NCBI GenBank assembly: GCA_951406725.2 | Contig: OX597825.1 | Location: 5,146,001-5,210,000 of the forward strand | Length of the DNA stretch: 64,000 nucleotides | Source of the DNA: Octopus vulgaris | Lineage: Eukaryota | Direction: 5' to 3' | In this document: piece by piece, positions 51,555 to 64,000 of the stretch | How positions within the stretch are numbered: the stretch's first letter is position 1 | Layout: each line of letters starts with the position of its first letter | Position numbers and translations under genes: made by a program | The notes under the pieces: generated by a model | Database searches by the model: none | Seen by the model: the letters and a program-made list of their open reading frames with translations, nothing else | What the model was told of the DNA's origin: nothing

Positions 51555-52035
51555 TGTGGTGGGGTTTGAGGTATTGTCCGTTCGAGATAAGATCTACAGG
51601 CACCAAAGTAACGGCTGCCAGGCCTGTCCGAATTGTGCTCCACGCACTCGTTGGGAGTTCAGGCTTTGTGACCTTGTCAGACACTTGCTGTCACGTAGAA
51701 GACGAACGCATCTATTAGTAGAACTCGTGGTGGAGAATATCCCATTGCTGGTCTTTGGTCGGGAAGGACAAACAGTCTTTGTCCGGTGGTTCTGGTAAAA
51801 GAGTTTTTTGTGGTGGACGAAACTCAAATGCCTGAAGGTAACTTTGGCCAAACTCTCATTAATTTTTCAATTGAAAAGAGCAGTGAGGGTGGAGAGGTAT
51901 GTGTTGCTTTGCAGCAAGCTTGTCAAAACGTGAGTGAGAATGGCAGACATAATACCAGGGAACGGGTCCGCTCTAGCGTGCGCCTGCAGATTGAGGGAGA
52001 AAGACGGAACATGGCACTTGCCCTGGATGTCAGGC
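51555..52035 (+). mobile_element. L1/Tx1-type LINE C-terminal (zf-RVT) remnant
   Basis: LSVRDKIYRHQSNGCQACPNC followed by VLHALV: the LPVRD.L.R...CP.C...H pattern. Confidence 0.65.
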
Positions 52036-52138
52036 TGAGTATAGTTTTGAGGAGTTTCCATAAGCCTTTTTCTTTAAATTTTTGTTTCTTTGGGAAATTT
52101 CCTTTCTGTTATTTTCACATTTTACCTGCCTTCATATC

Positions 52139-52369
52139 TATTTCTTTTCTATCCACAAGGGGCTAAATACAGAGGGGACAAACAAGGACAGACAAACGGA
52201 TTAAGTCGACTAGATCGACCCCAGTGCGTAACTGGTACTTTATTTATCGACCCCGAAAGGATGAAAGGCAAAATCGACCACGGCGGAATTTGAACTCAGA
52301 ACGTAACAGCAGACGAAATACGGCTACGCATTTCGCCCGGCGTGCTAACGTTTCTGGCAGCTCGCCGCC
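52139..52369 (-). mobile_element. Full-length SINE family B copy
   Basis: Reverse complement of 62607-62834. Confidence 0.9.
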
Positions 52370-52915
52370 TTCATATAACTATCATCCAGTACCGTTCTCC
52401 CTGTGTAAAACCCGTTGTGGCTAATATAGAAATCAATTTTTGTCATTACAAGTATATATACGTGTATGTATATATATGTATGCATGCATATATGCATGTA
52501 TGTATGTATGTATGTGCGTGTGTGTTTGCGTGTATGTATGTGTGTATGTGTGTATGTAAGCATGTACGTATGTATGTATGCAAATATGTGTGTGTATATC
52601 TATGTATGCATAAATCTCTCAATTTATTTCTTTTGTTTCAAGAACTTATTTTTCATTCGAATTCTGCGAGACTTTTATTGGCAATTTGCTGTTTCTCTCC
52701 TACATTCGCACTTGTATTTTAGCAAATCATAAAATCCTTTTAAATGTACATTCATTGCAAAAAATATTAAAAAATAAAATCGGCTGCGCATATATATTTT
52801 TTCGATTTACTTCAGTTACCATCAACAAGCAGTCTGTCGTTTAAATTCTTTTTTTATATATATATGAAATGACATATATAAACGTAGGCACTTTTAGAAA
52901 ATAAAAAAGGGAAGT

Positions 52916-53013
<98 letters not shown>

Positions 53014-53074
53014 AGAGAAAGAAAGATATTATGAATATATATACTTATATATATATACACACACCCACGTGCAG

Positions 53075-53127
<53 letters not shown>

Positions 53128-53131
<4 letters not shown>

Positions 53132-53293
53132 CAGGTGGTGGCTGTATGGCAAGAAACTTGCTTCCAAGTCACATGGCTCCAGGTTCAGTCCCGACGCGTG
53201 GCACCTTGGGCAAGTGTCTTTTACTCTAGCCTCAGACCGAGCTAAGCCTTCTGAGTGGATTTGGTAGACGGAAACAGAAAGAAGCCCGTCGTA
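53128..53293 (+). mobile_element. 5' half of SINE family A
   Basis: ggcgcaggtggtggctgtatgg...ggttcagtcccgacgcgtggcaccttgggcaagtgtc. Confidence 0.8.
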
Positions 53294-53379
53294 TTCTTAT
53301 ATCTGTTTCAGTCATTCAACTGAGGCCCTTCTGAGGCACTGCCTTTTGTCGAACAAATCGAGTCAGAGAGAGATGAATT

Positions 53380-54390
53380 AGGTTAGTAAAGGTGTCTTGG
53401 TTGAACGCAATGTAACAGATAATGTCGGAGTCGATATCCTTGTTAGTTTAGAGCGACTGAAGTTACACTGATAAGGCATGTATAGGTGCATCGCTCTGTG
53501 CCAAGAAGAGAGGAAAGAAATAGTTTTTGTGGAGATTTGTGTATTGTGTAATGATATTTACCTTGTATGGGGTTAAATGAAGATTAGGGCAACGAAAACA
53601 GAAAATTCTTCATGAGTATATTGTTCAAATAATCATCGTTGTTGACGCGTGAAGAAAAGGTGATTCTGCTGAATTAATGGAGATCTTGTCCACAAGGAAC
53701 CAAAAGATCAACTGCTGTTTGAAGTTGCGAGAGAATCTTTTGTGGTTTGAAAAGCAGTCTTGCAGGATTTGTGTTGCTGGGGAAGAGATTGGAAAAGGTG
53801 AAGTGATACATTTCCAAAGCTTTGAAGTCTATCTTTCTTGCAGCACAGCTCTGAGTGAAGCACGTGGGAGATTTAGATTGAAAGCTTTCCTTTAGCTTAT
53901 GAGGATTAGGGTCGTGCCTAAGATGGTATAAGCGTTAGTTGCTCATCTAGCTAATTCTTATGATGGAAGTCTGATGTACATCCATCACCAGAGATCGATG
54001 CCATAGAAAGTATGGAGCTCATATCAGTCAACCGAGCTGAAGCAACATTAAAGTCCAGGAGATGATAATACGTCGTGTATTATGCATGTGTCGGGTGGCT
54101 TTTCGCGACAATCTAGTGTCCGGACGAGCGAGCAGATGCAAAGACAACTGTGGACTTGCAGGGATTAGTCCATTAGAGATGAGAAGGTGTTCAGGGATGA
54201 GTGGAGTGTCCCTGCTGATTAGGGATGCGTGGAAGGAGGAAAAAACTAATTCATGTAGTGTAAATTTTGTGAGCGAACGAGAAATGTTTTTTGTTGGTAA
54301 GTATTTCAAAAGGCTTATATCGATGAAAATGACTATTCTATCGGTGCCTCAAGTCTGCGTGTTGTCAACAATCAATAAATGTCCCTAAAT
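53380..54390 (-). mobile_element. Heavily decayed CR1/L2/Jockey-group LINE fragment (endonuclease end and linker)
   Basis: Patches such as 'HLLARPD' (LGxSDH-like), 'SKSPTCFTQSCAA' (PWF-like) and 'QQLIFWFLV' occur in the expected order; many stops. Confidence 0.45.
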
Positions 54391-54420
54391 TTGGTTTTTA
54401 TCTTTTGGGTATAATTACTT

Positions 54421-54498
<78 letters not shown>

Positions 54499-54578
54499 CA
54501 ATGTTATTCACCTCAATTATTTCTGGGCTATAATAGATTATGTTTTCACCTATATCATTAGTGCCAATGTATCTTTCC

Positions 54579-54653
<75 letters not shown>

Positions 54654-54669
54654 AGGGTGTGTGTGTGTC

Positions 54670-54708
<39 letters not shown>

Positions 54709-54736
54709 TTGTATATCTATATATATATATAAAATA

Positions 54737-54778
<42 letters not shown>

Positions 54779-55602
54779 TATATAACAAAAACACTACATA
54801 CGCACTTACACATAAAATTTGCACACACACACATACACACACACACTAACACAACTTTCATACACACACATATATATTCAGAGAGAGAACGAGCGAAAGG
54901 TAGATTTACATATTTACAAATAGATATACATCCATCTATCCGTGCATGTGTATATGCATGTATATATTACGTATGCATGTATGTATGTTTACACACACAC
55001 ACACACACATATACTAACATACATACATACATATATATATATATAAGCAGTGTGTATATGCGTTTGTGCGTGTGTGTGTGTGTGTATGCATACATTTCAA
55101 TACATGTAAATAATGCCAGCCTTTAATTTCTGTCATAAATAGCTATTAATTCAGCTATTAATTTTTTTTATATGGCAATATTGATGTCTAATTAGTGGTA
55201 AGTACCCGGGCAATGACCTGGCAGAGGAAAAGAATCACTTTACATTATTCAGTCGTGTCTAAATATCTTTGAATTTTTTGAATTCAAATCGGCACTGATG
55301 ATGCTGTTCTCCTTTCATCTGTTTTGTATCATAAAACAGATATCACAGTTGTGTGTGTGTGTGTGTGTGCGTGTGTGTGGAAGTGGGTGTGGCTGGGTAG
55401 GTGTGGGTGGGTGTGGATTTATGCGTGTGATACATTAATACTACAACGAATCATGAGTATTAGACGTAATCATAACAGTCTGAACGTATGGCAAGTATGT
55501 TACGTATATAAAAAAAACACACATGCGTACGTATACATATACATAGATATATATGTGTGTGTATGGCAGTATGAACATGTGTATAACAACAACCGCAGCA
55601 GC

Positions 55603-55659
<57 letters not shown>

Positions 55660-55973
55660 CAGCAGCAGCAGCGGCTGTGGTGGGGGGGGCGTTGGTAGAA
55701 GAAGAAGAAGAAGAAGAAGAAGAAGAAAGAAGAAGAAGAAGAAGAAGAAGAAGAAGAAGAAGAAGAAGAAGAAGAAGAAGAAGAAGAAGAAGAAGAAGAA
55801 AAAGAGAAGAAGAAGAAGAAGAAGAAAAAAGAAGAAGAAGAAGAAGAAAAAGAAGAAGAAGAAGAAAAGAAGAAGAAGAAAAGAAGAAGAAGAAGAAGAA
55901 GAAGAAGAAGAAGAAGAAGAAGAAGAAGAAGAAGAAGAAGAAGAAGAAGAAGAAAAAAAAGAAGAAGAAGAAG

Positions 55974-56003
<30 letters not shown>
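55603..56003. repeat. (AGT)n followed by (GAA)n microsatellites
   Basis: Direct reading. Confidence 0.95.
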
Positions 56004-56004
<1 letters not shown>

Positions 56005-56654
56005 GGAAGAAGAGGCGTTTCATGCATAATCAATCATAACATCTCATATCGTAATAGGATGATTATAAAGAAGAAATCTGTGGTAAAGGAAAGAACAAAC
56101 ATCTCAAGATCATTGACCTCGAAAAAAAAATATCCCTTATGATGATTAGAGTGGAATGGCAGAAAGCTGAGAACATTGAGAAATATCAAACAGAGTCTCT
56201 CCAAAATGATAAAGACATCGCGCAACGGAAGAGTGATGAGTTGTTCCTTTTATACGAGAGAAAGAGTGAAAGATGTTAAAAATGAAACCATTGTCATAGG
56301 CACGTGGGTGAATATCACTCTGGATTCTACAAGAGTTTGCATAAAGATTCTGGTGATTGAAATAGGATGTTGTTGTTGTTGTTGTCGTTAAGCAACAGAC
56401 GGGTAAGGGTGATTAGGTGATGGTCTAGTGCTTAGGGGCGGGAGACCCCAGTTCTTGGGAAAAAAAACTTTGGTCGTCTTGTTGTAGTCGAGGGCTCTTC
56501 GTTGACGCCAGACACCACTGGGAGGTGGCCCTCAAAGTCGCTGAAAATGGAGATCTCCAGGTCCAAATTCTTGAACGGCTGGAATAGGCTTGGTGTTACC
56601 AATGGTCAGGATAACGTTTTTGCTAACCAAATTAGTATATGGTGAGTTTTGTAT

Positions 56655-56885
56655 AATACTGGTTTCAAGCTTTGGCTCAAGGCCAGCAATTTTGTGGGAG
56701 AGGCTAAGTCGATTACATCGGCCCCAGTGTTCAACTGGTACATACTTTATTGCCCCCAAATCGAAAAGATGAAAGGCAAAGTCGACCTCGGTGGAATTTG
56801 AACTCAGAACTTAAAGACGGACGAAATACTGATTCTGCTAACGATTCTGCCACCCCCTTGTTTAATAATAATAATAATATTAATG

Positions 56886-56951
<66 letters not shown>

Positions 56952-57110
56952 TTAATGATAATAATCCCTTCTGTTTTGCGCACAAGGCCGGAAGTTTGTG
57001 AGGGTGGAGGTGAAGGGTTAAGTTGATTATTTCGATCCCCGTACTCAGGTTGGTGCGTAATTTATCGACCCTAAAAGGATGAAAAGCAAAGTTGACCCCA
57101 ATGGAATTTC
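56655..57110 (-). mobile_element. Two SINE family B copies separated by (AAT)n
   Basis: gatgaaaggcaaagtcgacctcggtggaatttgaactcag at ~56768 and a variant at ~57078. Confidence 0.8.
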
Positions 57111-57490
57111 ATGTTTCTATAGTCTGCCATGGGGGAATGCGATATAAACAAATAAATTGCAGCTATATATACTATAATCCCTAATTGTGGCTCACGGTGA
57201 AGAGTAGCACCTACATTGCTAGTAATAAGAGCTACGGTCTTAAAGAAGCACATATCTATGACCTGATAGGAGAGATAACCGCCCTACATTGAGCGAGATC
57301 ATCATACTAGTCTAGTTTCACTTTGAATTAAAAGCTCATCATTGATGGCTACTCCGTTACGGGATAGCTTGGTTAAATTCCAACTCTCAATAATAAAGCA
57401 TTTACTATTGGAATCAGTGTAATGATTCCTGTAGATGGTAATGGGAAAATTATAAAATAACGAAGGCGGTTATATATGTGTGTGTGTGTG

Positions 57491-57833
57491 TTCCAGTCGA
57501 TCCAATCAACGGAACAGCTTGCTCATGAAATTAACGTGTAAGTGGCTGAGCACTCCACAGACATGTGTACCCTTAATGTAGTTCTCAGGGAGATTCAGCG
57601 TGACACAGAGTGTGACAAGGGCTGGACCTTTGAAATACAGGTACAACAGAAACAGGAAGAAAGAGTTGTGGTGAAAGAATACAGTAGGATACGACAACAC
57701 CTCCTGCCGGCGTCTCGTGGAGCTCTTAGGTGTTTTCGCTCAATAAACACTCACAATGCCCGGTCTGGGAATCGAAACCGCGAACCTACGACTGCGACTC
57801 CGCTGCCCTAACCACTGGGCCATTGCGCTTCCA
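57491..57833 (-). mobile_element. tRNA-derived SINE with a family C-type head and a different 3' tail
   Basis: Minus strand A box TGGCCCAGTGG and B box GTTTCGATTCC; middle 'gagcgaaaacacctaagagctccacg' is shared with 61824-62115, the tail is not. Confidence 0.8.
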
Positions 57834-59093
57834 CATCAAAAAGTATTCGAGAGCTATTATCATAATGAGTAATATATCTCATATACGATGAAAATATTGC
57901 TTTGAGTATAGCTCAACGAGAGACTCGATGAGTAGAATATTATGTAAAATATAATAAAACGAAGAAGATACGTGAAAGCAAATTAAGGTATATATATGAA
58001 AGAAGGAAGATATAACATCCTAGAGCTTTCTTCTTGTTATACTTTCAAAATGCCACTAAGTCTTGCATATTAAAAGTATATGCATTTATTGTCTCAAAAC
58101 AGATTGTGGCTAGTACTTACTTTTTAAAATTTGGTACGTATTCTAACTTAGGAGAACAGAAACAAACGTGGATCATATCCATCATTAGAAAAGGACAAAC
58201 TAAGTACGAAATTCAAATACACACATACATGCACGCACACACATACACACACACATTCATACTTTCAAAAATACATGTGTATGTCTGCATGTATATACGA
58301 CAGGCTTCTTTCAGTTTCTGTTGATAAAAATTGTCTCTCTATGTGCTGCACAGTGGGACCGAACCACAAACCACATGGTTGTGAAGCAAGCTTCTTACTT
58401 ACAAACCACGCCTGCAGTTATAGTTAATAAATAAATATTTAAAAATTGGAGTTTATCTTTCGACAAGCCAGAAGTATTTGTTTTTACTTCCGATTTTCCC
58501 GGAACGACGAGTTCCGCGAAAATGAGAAACTCCAGTGTAATTGCTGCCATTAGACTCTATTCATCACTGTAGTTTTCTGTTTGAAAAGAGCATTGTTCAA
58601 GAACAAGTGGCATGAAGTGTCCGTTAAGTGCCTATTGTTTCTTCAGGCACCGCACGTGGGCTTTATGTTAGCATCCAGGAATTGGAGGACAAGTGATCCA
58701 CCACTTAATGTTAAAGATTGCTGTGCGCTGTATCTAGTATACTTACATGAAATCGTAATGCAGAGGAAACTCCAGGGCCCTTACTTATTTGTGTGTCACG
58801 TTATGTGAGTGCATTTGTGGGGGGGGGGGGCGAAAGAGAGAGAGTGGAGTGCCTCTGTGTGTGTGCGTGTAGGGGTTGGAGGTATGTATGTATGCTTGTG
58901 TGCGCGCCTTTGTGTGTGATGTGTGTGTGAGGATGTGGGGGTACCTGTGTGCGTGTCTCTGTGTGTGTGTGTTTGTGGTGGAGTGAGTGTGTATGGGGGC
59001 ACCTGCGTGCCTTTGTGTGTGTAGATCTGTGTGACGGTGTATGTGTCAGTGTGCGGGGGTGCGCTTTTGTGTGTGCTTCTCTATGTGTGTATG

Positions 59094-59163
<70 letters not shown>

Positions 59164-59536
59164 ATATCCCAAACTGATAATCTGCTCATGGTTTCGACCC
59201 CAGCTATGCTGTTCACGGTTGTGAATGGTCCAGCCCGGTTACTAATTATATGTTGGCTATTAAATGTTAGTACAATAAACACATCTTTCTACTTTGTTCA
59301 ATGCATTTAGTTCTACATCAGAAAATGCTTGCAGTGAGTAAACCTTATATTTAATCACCAACTCTTAAATTCGATACACACACATAAACACACAAATTTA
59401 TTATATATCATTTAATGTGCACGATAAAATTGTGAAACAGGTCAATTCATCCCAAATTATTTTAAAACTTAAACATATCTCCTTCTGTGTATACATATAC
59501 ATACTACCAAAATATGACCGTTTTGAACTTATAATT

Positions 59537-59644
<108 letters not shown>

Positions 59645-60161
59645 CTTCCAAACAAACATGATTTTTAATGAAATCCTAATATTTTTTATTGAACTTTTTG
59701 TTTAATATTTTCTCAAGATATTTCCTTGTAAACTGTTTTTAACATTTTCTTATTATTATCGAAGAATGTATATATGTATTGTAATATTTTGTGACAACCA
59801 GTACTTAACACAACCAAGCTTATACAAAGCTTTACATGTTACTTTTGACAATCTTTTTATAAAAAAGTGAAACCGGTCAAGTGAATAAACATCTTTTAAA
59901 ATTGCATTTTCAAACCTTCTTTCATATATATATGAGAGTATGTGTGGAGACGTGAATATGTGAAAGTACGCAAGAATGTGTATGTGTGTGCGTGTGTGCA
60001 TGTATTATTGTGTGTGAACATGAGTTTATGCTTACATGTATGTATGCATGGAGCGAGTGAGTCGTGTGGAGAAAGAGAGACAGAGAGAGAGAGGTGTTGA
60101 GAAACAATGGTATGTAGATTCACTTGAAATCTAATGAATAAAACTACAAAACAGCGCGCTC

Positions 60162-60197
<36 letters not shown>

Positions 60198-60674
60198 CTC
60201 TCTCTCCCCCCTCTCTCTCACCCTCTCTCTCCCTCTTTTACACACAAAAGAACGTGCAGATACAGAATATTAAATACCGCACGGTTTATACATGCATGCA
60301 CACAGTTACAACCACAGACGTAATTATACATACATACACACGTGCTCGAACATGGAGAGACACACTCGGACATGCACCACATTGATACACCTCCTACACA
60401 CTTATACATACTGCATACTGTGTTGCACGTGACTGGGTTTAAAGAGAAAATTAATAAACTTTAATGAAAATCATGTGAAAAAAACCATCTGCTGGTGGAC
60501 ACACACACTCACACATACAAACTTAGACGCACAAGCATTAGCATATGTACACAGAACGCATTTTTGAATATACACACAGATGCACACATACACACACATT
60601 ATTCTATCATAATACAATACAAATCAAATATATATAAACTCCTAAATACACACCATACATACACATTGTCTATA

Positions 60675-60719
<45 letters not shown>

Positions 60720-60819
60720 CTGTGTGTGTGTGTGTGTGTATACATAGATAGATATATACATATATATATATACACAAACACACTTATAGACAGAATGTGT
60801 ATATATTTGTATATATATA

Positions 60820-61025
60820 TAAAGTTAATCCAAACAAGAAAGCACAAAAAAACACAACAACGCGAGGACGTGGAACAAATATAGTATTATTGGACGCTCA
60901 GGAAAGAAGGAAAGAAGGAGGGTTTAACGTTTCGAGTGGAGCTTTTCGTCGGAAACATAGGAGAAGGAAAGATCCAGAGAAGGGAAGACAGAGGAAAAAA
61001 ATCGCCAAAGGTACACACACGGTCA
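60820..61025 (-). mobile_element. Second copy of the ~210 bp hammerhead-motif element (motif 60922-60956)
   Basis: Minus strand GTTT-CCGACGA-A-AAGCtccACTC-GAAACGTT-AAAC; flanked by TA/CA tracts. Confidence 0.75.
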
Positions 61026-61048
61026 TACACACACACACACACACATAC

Positions 61049-61147
<99 letters not shown>

Positions 61148-61574
61148 TATACACATGTATATATATAGACTACCGATACAGAGGGGGCTTTCGATGTGAG
61201 CAAGGGGTCATATGATGGAGCAGGCATATTGGACTATTCCTACTCTATACGTTGGGCAAAACTTTTCCTGACGTATACTTCGCCGTTTACAATACCCAAA
61301 TATAAATTGTCAATTCACTCCTGCCCTCCATTGTTAACAGACACTGTACTCTAGCCTTAGATTTGGTAGTTGATAAAAAAAGACTAATAAATTAAAAATG
61401 AATCACAATCCTTTACAAGCTATGACCCTAACAAACTTCATACAGTTCTTAGAAGTATAGTATATTCTTACCTACATTAGTAGCAACATGGACTCTTTCC
61501 CTCTTCTTGCTCTATTAGAGAATTTGAGTAAAATCATATTAATGTGTCCAACTGATTAAAAATTGTATATATTT

Positions 61575-61662
61575 ATGAAGCTGAGGATAGCCCTGAGTTT
61601 AAATTGATGTAATGATTGCATTGTTCAATTAAACGGATCGGCTTGAAACAGTCGTATTACAT
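61575..61662 (+). ncRNA. Candidate type I hammerhead ribozyme with extended stem II
   Basis: ATGAAG-CTGAGGA-T-AGCC...GTTTAAATTGA...TCAATTAAAC...GGCT-T-GAAAC-agtc-GTA-TTACAT; predicted cut after 61656; stem I with 5 of 6 pairs. Confidence 0.6.
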
Positions 61663-61785
61663 CACCTCTTGATATCTTGTTACTTATTTCGATTTTATTC
61701 ACCTTACATTGAGCTGTACCGATAATACCGCACTGACTTGGTACTTCAACTTAAGTACTAAATTCAACTGAATCTCAGTTAGATG

Positions 61786-61823
<38 letters not shown>

Positions 61824-61826
<3 letters not shown>

Positions 61827-62115
61827 TCCTTCTCGAGCCATGCCTGGCTCATAAGGGCCGGTTTCTCGGTTTCCTTGGCGCAGAGGTTCCCCACCTGGAC
61901 GGGATACCGGTCTGTCGTAGGTGAACTGTAAGATGCAGGAGGAAAGAGTGAGAGAAAGTTGTGGCGAAAGAGTCAGCAGAAATTCGCCATTACCTTCTGC
62001 CGGAGCCGCGTGGAGCTAAGGTGTTTTCGCTCATAAACACACACATCGCCCGATCTGAGATTCGAACCCGCGATCTCTCGACCGCGAGTCCGCTGCTCTA
62101 ACCACTAGGCTATGT
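61824..62115 (-). mobile_element. tRNA-derived SINE family C (mosaic)
   Basis: A box TAGCCTAGTGG and B box GTTCGAATCT; tail as in 4119-4367, middle as in 57491-57833. Confidence 0.8.
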
Positions 62116-62606
62116 GTGTGTGTGTGTGGTTGAGAAACGCTGGTTTAGACCTTCCGTAAATGTAGTCACCACACTGTCCCATATAAGGGCGCAGTTCCTA
62201 AAAATTCTCCATTGTAGATCTTATCTTTGTTGAGATTTATCAGTTGGCTGTAAGAGACTCAACTACTCTCTGGCCTTCAATTGAAAGTCCACTGCTTGCG
62301 ATGAAACATTTTCTATGTGCCTAAGCTAGGACTGCGGTCACCAAGTTTTTATTAATATTTTTTTTGTTTTTGTTTTTGCATCACGAACCGGAGGATCATG
62401 AGCAGAACAAAACACAATAAAATGCATAATATATAATTTAAGAAATTGGTTTCAAGCTTTGGCACAGAGCCAGTAATTTCGGGGAAGTAGTAAAACGCAT
62501 TACCCCTCTGCTCAAAAGTGGAATTGTCTTATCGACACCGGAAGGAGGTAATGTAAAATCGACCTCGGCAGAATTTGAACTCAGAACGTAGAGACAGACG
62601 ATATAC

Positions 62607-62834
62607 GGCGAGCTGGCAGAAACGTTAGCACGCAAGGCGAAATGCTTAGCGGTATTTCGTCTGCCGTTACGTTCTGAGTTCAAATTCCGCCGAGGTCGAC
62701 TTTGCCTTTCATCCTTTCGGGGTCGATAAATTAAGTACCAGTTACGCACTGGGGTCGATGTAATCGACTTAATACCTATGTCTGTCCTTGTTTGTCCCCT
62801 CTGTGTTTAGCCCCTTGTGGGTAATAAAGAAATA
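62607..62834 (+). mobile_element. Full-length SINE family B copy nested in an older, opposite-strand family B copy (62438-62880)
   Basis: Target-site duplication GATATAC at 62600-62606 and 62835-62841; A-box-like TGGCAGAAACG and B box GAGTTCAAATTCC. Confidence 0.9.
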
Positions 62835-63070
62835 GATATACGGCTAAGCATCTTGCCTGGCATGCTAACGAATCTACAAATTTACCCACCTTGAAACATT
62901 TGCCAAAAGTGCTGTGCAAAGCGATCGAAAGGCAGATCTATTGGTTGGGAATCGAAACTATTAGATCTGCGCCCATCACCTTATCAAGCGTTAATCCTTT
63001 ACCGAACCGCTGACATAATTTAAAATATTACATGTGCATGATACATGTATAATACGTTATGTATTAGATA

Positions 63071-63460
63071 GGCGCAGGCGTGGCTGAGTGGTAAGAAGCT
63101 TGCTTCCTAATCAAATGCTTTTGGGTTCAATTCGACTGCGTGGCACCTTGAGCAAGTGTCTTCTACTATAGCTACGGGCCGACCAAATCCTTTTGAGTGG
63201 ATTTCGAAGACGGATAAAAGCCCGTCGTACATATTTATGTGTGTGCGCGTCTTTGTGTCTGTGTTTGTCTCTCTATCATCGCTTGTTCACCGGTGTTGGT
63301 CTGTTTACGTCCCCGTAACTTAACGGTTCGCCAAAAAACAATGATAGATTAAGTACTAGGCTTTAAAAAAACAGTCTTTGGGACGACTTGTTCGACTAAA
63401 ACCCATGAAGACGGTGCCCCAGCAAGGCCGCAGTCAAAGGATTGAAACAAGTAAAAGAAT
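63071..63460 (+). mobile_element. Diverged full-length SINE family A copy (an opposite-strand tail fragment follows at ~63785-63960)
   Basis: Colinear with 5827-6229. Confidence 0.85.
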
Positions 63461-63951
63461 ATAAGACAAAAAGAGAAGAAAAAAAGCATTCTGTAGGCTG
63501 CGACCTGATATTGGTTTGCATCAGGGTGGGTGAAGAACCCTGCGGTAGGAACCAATCTCAACGGCAGTGAGTTTTAGCGCCTGCAAACGACCTTGAGGTT
63601 TGTAGCTGTTTGTGTTTAGAGAAGCATACCACATGATATGATATTGTTGTCTTGATATTACTAGCGATTGCATATATCTGTGTGTCTGTGTCCTTGTGCG
63701 CGCACGCATTGGTATGTGTGAATTTTTGCTTTTGTTCATGAGAGCTGTACAATGTGCCTTTGGGTGGGTACGTATCTTTTTTCACTTGAGTGCGGCATAC
63801 TGGAGCACCGCCTTCCAAGAATTCTTAGTCGGATGGATCCATCCGCGTAATTCTTTTATCCTGGCGGCTTCTTTCATCGAACCGTTAAGTTACGTAGATA
63901 TATACACACCAACACCGCTTGTCTAGCCGTGGTGGGGAACAAACGCAGACA

Positions 63952-63989
<38 letters not shown>

Positions 63990-64000
63990 TACATATATAT

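Overview
AT-rich, extremely microsatellite-dense eukaryotic (metazoan) DNA. The repeat content (tRNA-derived SINE families, CR1-group/RTE/R4/L1-Tx1/CRE/Penelope retroelement remnants, Tc1/mariner, Helitron) looks to me like an intergenic or intronic stretch of a coleoid cephalopod (Octopus-like) genome; that assignment is pattern recognition, not a database result. No host protein-coding gene can be called confidently, and nearly all supplied ORFs are translations of simple repeats. The one long intact ORF (44127-46148, 673 aa) is the reverse transcriptase half of a 5'-truncated CR1-group LINE inserted in (TA)n. Its 3' tail shares sequence and a covarying stem-loop with the commonest SINE family here. 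The most unusual signal is a set of 7-9 mutually unrelated short elements that each carry a type I hammerhead ribozyme motif (CUGANGA...GAAA...UH), intact or decayed, often with the palindromic helix III typical of Penelope-like elements. One of them (41365-41650, minus strand) sits downstream of a tRNA-like Pol III head. Another occurs as a tandem-plus-inverted array (46668-47620). Together they suggest a diverse population of non-autonomous, ribozyme-bearing, retrozyme-like elements.
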